From: Octopus vulgaris
Taxonomy: Eukaryota
Assembly (NCBI GenBank): GCA_951406725.2
Contig: OX597838.1
Span: 19,840,001 to 19,904,000, forward strand
DNA: 64,000 nt
Reading direction: 5' to 3'
Within the stretch, counting starts at the first letter, position 1. Each line of letters starts with the position of its first letter. Positions 54,781 to 64,000 of the stretch are shown piece by piece. Made by a program: the position numbers and the translations under genes. The notes beneath the pieces were generated by a model that saw only the letters and a list, made by a program, of their open reading frames with translations, ran no database searches and was not told where the DNA came from.

Positions 54781-56439
54781 AGTATTCTTACCAATGACAG
54801 AACTCCTGTCATCTTTACAGGAGATGTGGGTTCAAACCCCATGAGGATCCTTTGATTTTTTTCTGTCCAAAGGGCATTCTTTTAAACCCACTATTTACAC
54901 CCTTTTGTTTATAGTTTCAAAGTTGACTAATTAACACCACAGAATAGCAGAAAGATTTTACTTACCTATCCGAGCACATTTCCAGAAAGTACCTAGGAAA
55001 CTGGAAATTGAAAATAATAAAAAAAAAAAGAGCATTATTAAAGCATCTCCATAATATTACTGTTATAGGGGAGGAAAATTATACAGTAGGCTATTACCAC
55101 ATAAGAATGAATAAATTTCTAGTAGCCTTCACAGGCGAGCTGGCAGAATCGTTAGCATGCTGGGCAAAATGCATAGCAGCATTTCGTTTGTCTTTACATT
55201 TTGAGTTCAAATTCCACCAAGGTTGATTTTGCCTTTCATCCTTTCGGGGTTGATAAAATAAGTACCAGTTGAGGACTGGGGTCGATGTAATCAGCTTACC
55301 TCCTCCTCTGAAATTGCTGGCCTTGCGCCAAAATTTGAAGCCAATTTCTTGTAGCTCTGAAGAACTTGCCCTCAGCCCTGCAGTTTTCTAAAACAGTGGA
55401 TCTTAATATGGATAACAGTGTCTTCTTGGGACCGTTGTAAGCTTACAAAGGATGGCAAACATCAAGAGGGTGCTACAGGGGACACTGAGTGTTAGAGGAG
55501 GCATTATTCTTCAAACAAATAAAATATTTCAACCAGGTCTAATACTTATATTTTAAACATATTTTCAAGAAAAACAATCTTCATTAGTAGGCGCAGGAGT
55601 GGCTGTGTGGTAAGTAGCTTGCTTACCAATCACATAGTTCCGGGTTCAGTCCCACTGCATGGCACCTTGGGCAAGTGTCTTCTACTAGAGCCTTGGGCTG
55701 ACCAAAGCCTTGTGAGTGTATTTGGTAGACGGAAACTGAAAGAAGCCCGTCGTAAATATATATATATATTATATATATATTTACGACGGGCTTGTGTCTG
55801 TGTTTGTACCCCCAACATCTCTTGACAACCGATGCTGGTGTGTTTACGTCCCTGTAACTTAGCAGTTCGGCAAAAGAGACCGATAGAATAAGTACTAGGC
55901 TTACAAAGAATAAGTCCCGGGGTCGATTTTCTTGACTAATGGTGGTGCTCGAGCATGGCTGTAGTCAAATGACTGAAACAAGTAAAAAAGTATTAAAAAA
56001 TAAATTGGCATTGCATCAATTATGACAAGGGTTCCAGTTGATCCAACCAATGAAACATGCAAGTGGCTGAGCACTCCACAGACACATGTAGCCTTAACAT
56101 AGTTCTTGGGAGATTCAGCATGACAGAGAATGTGACAAGGTCGGCCCTTTTGAAATACAGCTACTACTCATTTTTGCCAACTAGGTGGGCTGGAAGCAAC
56201 ATGACACAATGTGAGCAAAGTGTCTTGCTCAAGGCACAAAACACTGCCGGAAATCAAACCCACGACCTTATGATCACGAGTCGAGTACCCTAACCACTAA
56301 GCCAAGTGTCTTTGCTTATTAAGAAAATAAGAAGGATGCCATGTTATCAGTGAGCAGAAATATGATTGAAGGCGGCGAACTGGCAGAATCATTAGCACAC
56401 CGGGCAAAATGCTTAGCAGTATTCATCTGCTGTTGCGTT

Positions 56440-57185
56440 CAATTTATCGGTTAGAGAACATATTTATTTATATAAAATTAATTAAGAGTTTGATTTGAGA
56501 ACATAATCTTTTGTGGAGAATGGCGATTTGATGTCTATATCTAGCATGTTGACTGTCCACTTTTTCGTGTTCAGTCCTTAATTGGTATATATAAATATTT
56601 AATCTTCAGATTCTTTTTTTAATATGCTAGACCACTGGTTTTAATTGATAAATATTGATTTCTACCCTTAATTAATTTTATATAAATAAATATGTTCTCT
56701 AACCGATAAATTGACTGCTGCTAATTATTAGCTGCAGGCTATTTTCTTTGGGTCTCAACGCGCCAAAGTAAAGGCATTTGAAAGATATATTCAAATGTAA
56801 TAGGCTGAACTCCACGCACATGATGATACTCCGGTATCGTTTTTCCATCTAGTTCAGCAAATTGCATTTATATCGGCCATGCTGACAAAGGCTACAGGTA
56901 TCCTTACGGATAATAATAGCCGAAACTGAATCAGTACATGGATAAGTATTGTTTTTCCTATATTTTCACTTGTTTATTGCTTGGGTTTGTGTTGAGTTTG
57001 ATTTGAGAACATAATCTTTTGTGGAGAATGGCGATTTGACGTCTATATCTAGCATGTTGACTGTCCACTTTTTCGTGTTCAGTCCTTAATTGATATATAT
57101 AAATATTTAATCTTCGGATTCTTTTTTTAATATGCTAGACCACTGGTTTTAATTGATAAATATTGATTTCTACCCTTAATTAATT
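56440..57185 (+). mobile_element. Penelope-like pseudo-LTR remnant (5' inversion + partial tandem + hammerhead)
   Basis: Direct repeat 56486-56677 / 56994-57185. Segment 56440-56486 is the reverse complement of 56668-56713. A hammerhead lies between the direct repeats. Ends in (TA)n and truncates a SINE at 56370-56440. Confidence 0.65.
56877..56941 (+). ncRNA. Type I hammerhead ribozyme fold with G8A core change
   Basis: CCAUG-[CUGACAA]-a-GGCUA...UAGCC-[GAAA]-CUG aau CAG-[UA]|CAUGG. All three stems pair; the core differs from CUGACGA by one CpG-type transition. Confidence 0.65.
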
Positions 57186-57642
57186 ATATATATATACATA
57201 CATGCATATATATATATATATATATATGCATATATATATATATACATTAGTAAAAGAGACTGATCTAGCTAGTTTGAACATAAAGCAGGTAAAATATTTG
57301 GGCTGGATACGGCCAGTCTAAATGCTAAAGGCTTAAAATTGTGACAACTCAAAACAAATATACAATTAACAAGTCCAAGAGCAAACGAAGGATTAAAATA
57401 AAACTGATTTCAATAGTACATACCCTTGTTTATTTTTGTCCAGGAGGGCAGGGAAAAATGCTCGTAGATATGTACAGGTACAGATCACCAACAACACTAC
57501 TGTCAACAAACTTTGGAAGTTGAACAAAGCAGACTGGAAGAAGAACAGAAATAATGCATTAGTAACAATGATGCTGGTAATGTCAAGGATAACACAAGAT
57601 GAGGAGGCATTCAGAGAAACTTTTGGAAACATAACCAGGTTT

Positions 57643-58040
57643 AGGCGCAGGAGTGGCTGTGTGGTAAGTAGCTTGCTTACCAACCACATGGTTCCGGGTT
57701 CAGTCCCACTGAGTGGCACCTTTGGCAAGTGTCTTCTACTATAGCCTCGGGCCAACCAAAGCCTTGTGAGTGGATTTGGTAGACGGAAACTGAAAGAAGC
57801 CCATCGTATATATGTATATATATGTGTGCGTGTGTGTTTGTGTGTCTGTGTTTGTCCCCCTAGTATTGCTTGACAACCGATGCTGGTGTGTCTATGTCCC
57901 CGTCACTTAGCGGTTCGGCAAAAGAGACCGATAGAATAAGTACTGGGCTTACAAAAAATAAGTCCCGGGGTCGAGTTGCTCGATTAAAGGTGGTGCTCCA
58001 GCATGGCAGCAGTCAAATGACTGAAACAAGTAAAAGAGTA
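57643..58040 (+). mobile_element. SINE family A, near-consensus copy
   Basis: Colinear with 1272-1662. Confidence 0.85.
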
Positions 58041-58128
58041 AGTAAAACCCCCCAGCTGGCAACCAGTAGGGTGGAGGCTGTCCTCTCAACCAATATACTG
58101 CTAGTGATGATGTTATTATTTGTTGGCT

Positions 58129-58518
58129 AGTGGAGCGGCAATGGCCCATTGGTTAGGGCAGCGGACTCGCGGTCATAGGATCGCGGTTTCGATTCCCAGA
58201 CCGGGCATTGTGAGTGTTTATTGAGCGAAAACACCTAAAAGCTCCACGACGCTCCGGCAGGGGATGGTGGTGATCCCTGCTGTACTCTTTCACCACAACT
58301 TTCTCTCACTCTTACTTCCTGTTTCTGTTGTACCTGTATTTCAAAGGGCCGGCCTTGTCACTCTCTGTGTCATGCTGAATATCCCCGAGAATTACGTTAA
58401 GGGTACACGTATCTGTGGAGTGCTCAGCCACTTACACGTTAATTTCACGAGCAGGCTGTTCCGTTGATTCGGATCAACCGGAACCCTCGTCGTCGTAACC
58501 GACGGAGTGCTTCCATCC
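58129..58518 (+). mobile_element. Young tRNA(Arg)-derived SINE (octopus OR-like family)
   Basis: A box TGGCCCATTGG, TCG anticodon loop, B box GTTTCGATTCC. Nearly identical to 21876-22264 (minus). Other copies at ~966, 20926, 24283, 42499 and 56020. Confidence 0.85.
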
Positions 58519-60379
58519 ATTTGTTGGCTATGTGGTCAAGAAACTTGCTTCCAGGTTCAGTCCCACTGCATGGTACCTTGGGTAGAGCAAGTGTCATTCA
58601 CTATAGTCTCGGGCCAATATTTCCAATGTCCAACCATGGGGAAATATTATGTGTGGCACCTTGGGTGTCCTCTACTCTATAGCCTTAAGTTGACCAAAGC
58701 CTTCTGAATGGATTTGGTAGGCAGAAACTGATGTACTAGAGGATACTTACCCAAGGTGCCATACAATGGGACTGAACTCGGAATCATATGGTTCGGAAGC
58801 AGACTTCTTAACACACACCCATGCCTGCACCAGTTTGTTTTATTTTTTGTAACGAAAGGGATTCAGACTTAACCCTGTGGTTCAGAAGTTTGCTTCTCAA
58901 TTACTAGATCGACTCCACTACGTGGCACCTTGAGCAAGTATCTTCTACTATCATCACTTCCTTGTGTAGACGGAAACTGCGCGAATCGGTTACACAACAG
59001 GCAAAAAATGCTGATAAACGGTGCGTCAAACAAAAAATGCTTTCGTCTTTTCTCTCGCTATCAGAAATGTAGGGTAATAATTAGTGATTGTCCTGTTGGG
59101 TACAGTTAACCAACAAACGACGCTATTGTTCACAATATGCTTGATGTATAATATAAAATGTAATATACGATAAGTTAGCCTTTGAACCCTGGTTGCGTTA
59201 GACAACCGAGTGTACGTCAAGCCATGTAAGGTAAAGTTTAACGAACAAGAAGCAGTGTCGTTTACAAGGTTTCGTGTATTTATAAAAGTTGGCAAATTTA
59301 GAGAGAAATTTTTCCTTCTACTTTCTCTCTCTCCGATGAAATATTTCTCTCAAAACGTCAGCAAACTCAGCCATTATTTCAAATCACACGCATACATATA
59401 TATATAGTCAATTATTGTCTTTTAAATAATAACCGGTTGATATTATCTGTGAGTACAAGAGGATTCTTCTTTCTACGAGAATTAATATTTCTTTATAAAT
59501 TTAGATATTAAAGACAAACTGCAAAATGTGTCGATAAAATTGATACACACACACACTCATATACATACAGACGCACGCACACACACACTATAGTATCCTG
59601 AAGCACTCGCACCCTCTTCGAAATCGAAACCAAATTCCAAGAAGTAAGGCACTGTTTGCCAATTATATATATTCGGAAATAAAGCAACGATACAAAATTT
59701 AGTTTAATAAGCGACCCTGGGCTGCGAAATTAGGTTTACTTTCAAAATTGATGTCAGTAGCTATTTGAAAGCACCGTAAAAAGTAATGTTATACTTCTCA
59801 CAAGGGCCGGCTCGGCAGCATTGTAGATCCTTATTGATCATCACTGGGCCCTGTAGCATTTCTTTATTGACAGCAAGCCACAGCCATACATAGATCAGAA
59901 CTGCACCACCACCTTCTCAAATTCGACTCCCCCCTCCTGCATCTGTCCAGTGGGTAACATGCCTTAAGACAGCTGTGGTTACCTCACAGAACGAAATACC
60001 TTTCTAAAAGTGTTAATATTAATTTGCTTCTCCTAGCGACAACAACCAAAAAGAACTTTTGGTGAGATATGATTGCGAACTGGATTCTGCTGACGCAAAC
60101 TATCGTTAATTTCTTCACACTCCAGTGCTCTATAGTCCTACATGTAACAAGGAACGGCTCCTTCCGTTTTGAGTTCGAATCCCGCCGAGGCCAACTTTGC
60201 GTTTCAATTCCCCCAGTCGATAAAATAACGGACTATTCAATCAGATTCTTTCTTATTCAAATAACATAGCATTCTATTAAACTTAGCATTGAACAGCAAA
60301 TACTCGTTAAATATTTTTTCATTTAATAATGTTATAACTTTACATCAAGGAGTGAAGCGAACTGTTTCCTGTAATTCAG

Positions 60380-60505
60380 GCCGCCTCGTGATTCCTGCTG
60401 CAGACAAAATGGAAAAGGCGTTGCCCCAGATGGCGACGGGGATGCCCTGGAACAGCGACTCTGACTCACGGGGCTCGCACTTGCGGATAGAAATAGAGGA
60501 TCGGT
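60380..60505 (-). mobile_element. C-terminal fragment of a CRE-like non-LTR retrotransposon
   Basis: Minus frame EPRESESLFQGIPVAIWGNAFSILSAA resembles the CRE C-terminal motif DPRE..FLFQRISVAIQRGNA.SIL. DNA-level match to 46885-47005. Confidence 0.55.
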
Positions 60506-62607
60506 CAAGAACTAAGGACAATTGATATTCTAATAACGAATTCACTATGTAAAAAGAATCATAACAGAGAACAAATAATAATAATAATAATTGTGTACAG
60601 TGCTCAGGTGCACTACAACTCATCTAAAGTGTATATATAATCAGGTGTAGTTTCGGCGGATTTCGGAAAGCATGAGGGCCTTAAAGGATGCAGTGTCATG
60701 GCAAGAATGGCTTTCGTCAAACCTACTAACAGAAGGGATTTCAGAGCAGACGAAGGCTCCTTTGCATAGACATTCGTCCTGTCCATGTGTTACAGTTTGT
60801 AAATGAAAGAAGGAAGAGAAAGATCCCTTAATTTATTTCTTAAACTGAATATTTGGCTTTTGCTTGGGTCTCACGTTGCGACCATCCAGGTATGTGTGCG
60901 TATATATATACACACACACACATATATATTATATTATAATTACACATATGCAGGGTAGAGGAAACAGGCTCACAGATCCACACCTTTTTAATAACGGTAA
61001 TCTAATTTTTTTTTTGCCGGAATCCAAACAGCAAAAAAAGTTTGATGAATTATTGCAGTAAATCAATGTTATTCGCTCAAGATCGATTCAAAATAGCCTA
61101 TAGAAACTGTCATTAGCTTTGAGGGTGAGAGAGGAGCCAGAAAAATAAGACGAAGAAATATTAATATTTTTTGTTAAAACAAATGACAACTGTTACACAC
61201 GACGTTAATTGATGAAATTTCCAACTCTGTTAAGAAAATGTTGATTTAAGAAATACAGCTCGATAAATTTACCGTTCTGTAAAGGGAGGAGGAAGGAAAT
61301 ATTTATAGATTCATATTGATCTCTACGTAGAAAAATGACAAATACACGAATATATTTTGATTTGTAATTCTAGGTGTTTATAAACAACGATATCAACACT
61401 CACCATTTTCGCCGACGTGTTGGCCCAGCCGAAGTCGGATGCGACGACGCCAGCGATTGGTCAGATTGTTTAACCAATCGATGCACATTTCTCCTGACAA
61501 GTTTCTGATGGATGGAGCAGTCATCAGTTGAAATTTGTATGAATCGTCAAGATTTGTGAATTATTCTGGGTGTTTAGTCCCAGATCATCCCCATTCTTAT
61601 ATACAATTAAAAGGCATTCCACCTTCTTTAGACTATACAATCCAATACAAGAGTGCCTTTTCTCTGACTGTGCTTCTTCATAACTTTTTATAAAAGTGGC
61701 TACTTTTTAATATAATTTTCTACAAATGCTTTTCAGATGCTGTAGGTAAATAATGATTATATCGGAATTCAAAGTAGAAAAGAACAAACTGATTAGCGAG
61801 CACGCATACATGCTGATACATATAATTCATACACACCCACACATATATATAAAGTTAAGGCGGCGAGCTGGTAGAAACGTTAGCACGCCGGGCGAAATTC
61901 GTCTGTCGTTACGTTCCGAGTTCAAATTCCGGCGAGGTCGACTTTGCCTTTCATCCTTTCGGGGTCGATAAATTAAGTACCAGTTACGCCCTGGGGTCGA
62001 TGTAGTCGACTTAATCCCTTTGTCTGTCCTTGTTTGTCCCCTCTGTGTTTAGCCCCTTGTGGGTAGTAAAGAAATATATATATAAAGTTAAATAAAGCCG
62101 GTTTATGGGATTACTTTAGGTTTCACGTCCATAAAGCGCTCAGCTTTACAGCGTATCGTCAAATCCCAAACCTATTGGCTTTGTCATGAACGACAAATGA
62201 GGGTTCGGTAAAATAAAGCGTTAATCATGTTCTATGGACACAAATGTGTCTCTCTTGAGGCCTGCTGGTGCCTTGCAAACCTTTTGATAAATGAAACAAG
62301 TTGCGGGCTCAGTTTGCTTGAGTGCTTGTGGATCATTTGCTACGTGTTTTTTTTTTCTTTTTGAGTGGACGGCAGCGCCTGCTTTGCTTTTTGCCACAAA
62401 TTACAATGACAGGCGAAGTTTCCATTTAGTGGAGTAGCGTGCCTTCGTGCTTGCAGGAAGTTGGTCCCGATGTTGGCGTTGACTTTGCTCAAATCTCTGA
62501 TCTGAAGAGAAGCAGGTCCTGCGTTCTGATGCTTTGTTTTCCCATGAAATGTAGTGATGTATGTCAGTATGTATGTGTGCGCGCCCACTAATTTATTATT
62601 ATTATTA

Positions 62608-62659
<52 letters not shown>

Positions 62660-63367
62660 ATTCAGATATAATCGTAATTCACATCATCTGAAAGGAATTT
62701 GTAGAAGATTTAATTAAAACTTATCTATTCTCAAAGTTATGAGGAAACAAAGTCAGGAGACGGGGAGGGTGCATTTGCGAAGAAATATCACAAGATGTAC
62801 TGTTGGGCGGAAGGTGCATCTGTAACGTGAGTAATAAACCTACAAACTTCAAAGTATTCCTATACGCAATACAATTTCAACCTAACTCAATCTTTGCTTT
62901 TAAATATGATTTATTAAATTTGAAAACAAATTACAAATATGAAACTGCATGAAGAGAATTATGGCGAAAATAAAGAACACACACATCTGGCGTTTAGGGT
63001 TAGGGTTTAGGTTTAAGGTTACGCCGAAAACTGGTGTGCCTATTCTTTACCTCCGCCGAGAATTATGATAAAGAAAATTTACTATCTTTCGTGTATGTAC
63101 AAGGCTCACTGAATCTAGAATATACACTTCTAACTAATAAATGGCAATCTATAGCAAAGAGAGAAAATATATTTAGTTAATAATTAAGAAAAGCAAGGGA
63201 GACAACTCCTGAATTTCAATTCATCAAACCTGACTTGTGAATATTGTGATAGATTCCCAGTGCGAGCTAGCGAGGCTAAACTGAGAGGAAAGTAAAAGGC
63301 CGAACGGTTTGATAATTTTCCCGTTTGACCCGGTCATAAAACCAAAAAAAAAAAAAAAAAGATAGTG

Positions 63368-63731
63368 GGATCTTTTCCTTTTGAACGGCAGTTTTCAACA
63401 CAATTTCTAGGTAACTAAACACTTTTTAAACTTCGTATACTGGTAGAATGTGTCAAAATAAAACATTTTTTTCTCTTGGCTTTCTTGAGAAAATTGTAAT
63501 TTGTAAGTTTAACGTAGTTTAATTTTTCGAATTTTAACCAATCCTATGGCCTCTATTGAGCTAAAATCATTTGCTGCGTTAACTACGTTAAACTTACAAA
63601 TTACAATTTTCCCAAGAAAGCCAAGAGAAAAAAATGTTTTATTTTGACACATTCTACCAGTATACGAAGTTTAAAAGTGTTTAGTTAACTAGAAATTGTG
63701 TTGAAAACTGCCGTTCAATAGGAAAAGATGC
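63368..63731. mobile_element. GGATC-ended palindromic MITE
   Basis: Arms of ~155 bp; TSD AGATAGTG/AAATAGTG. Confidence 0.88.
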
Positions 63732-64000
63732 AAATAGTGTAATAGGTGTAAAACAAATTCCTCTAAACGAATATAACAAAAAAAAAAAAAAGAATCCGCG
63801 CTCGCGAAAGGGGGTGGGGGAGAGGCCTCGAAGCCTCGGAAAATTCACATCGTGAATTTCCGAAAGCGTCTGAGGGTCTGACCCGGGCACAAAAACAACA
63901 AAATAAATAGTGTAATGTGTGTAAAACAACTTTCTCTAAACAGATATGACCGAAAAAATCCGCGCTCGCGAAAGTGGGGTGGGGGAGAGGACTCGGAAAA

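Noticed and set aside
58129-58205. tRNA-Arg gene
   Set aside because: The tRNA-like head continues into a 390-bp multi-copy SINE body and has no proper acceptor stem or terminator.
62340-62588. 82-aa minus-strand ORF in unique CpG-retaining sequence
   Set aside because: No recognisable domain or convincing splice signals; it cannot be supported as an exon.

Overview
This is AT-rich, repeat-dense animal genomic DNA. The SINE families and microsatellite load point to an octopus or other coleoid cephalopod (inference). It holds one clear protein-coding gene, a LIX1-like/lowfat orthologue on the + strand: 4 coding exons (29650-29911, 31129-31292, 32145-32285, 36515-36928) giving 326 aa. Almost all other ORFs in the track are microsatellite or SINE artefacts. 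The rest is made of dozens of tRNA-derived SINEs, decayed mariner and maT transposons, MITEs (Tigger-like, hAT-Charlie-like, a GGATC-ended family with 8-bp TSDs, a DINE-1/HINE-like element) and fragments of Hero, CRE and RTE LINEs. The most striking unannotated signal is a set of (TA)n-flanked fold-back and tandem elements with Penelope/retrozyme-like architecture that carry type I hammerhead ribozyme folds. These include a minimal one with an A3:U8 compensatory core (51735-51773, mirrored at 51581-51619), one with a canonical core and long stem II (24652-24741, minus), one with a single CpG-type core mutation (56877-56941) and a tandem pair about 350 nt apart (17022-17410). All folds and alignments were done by eye; no cleavage activity or expression is demonstrated.
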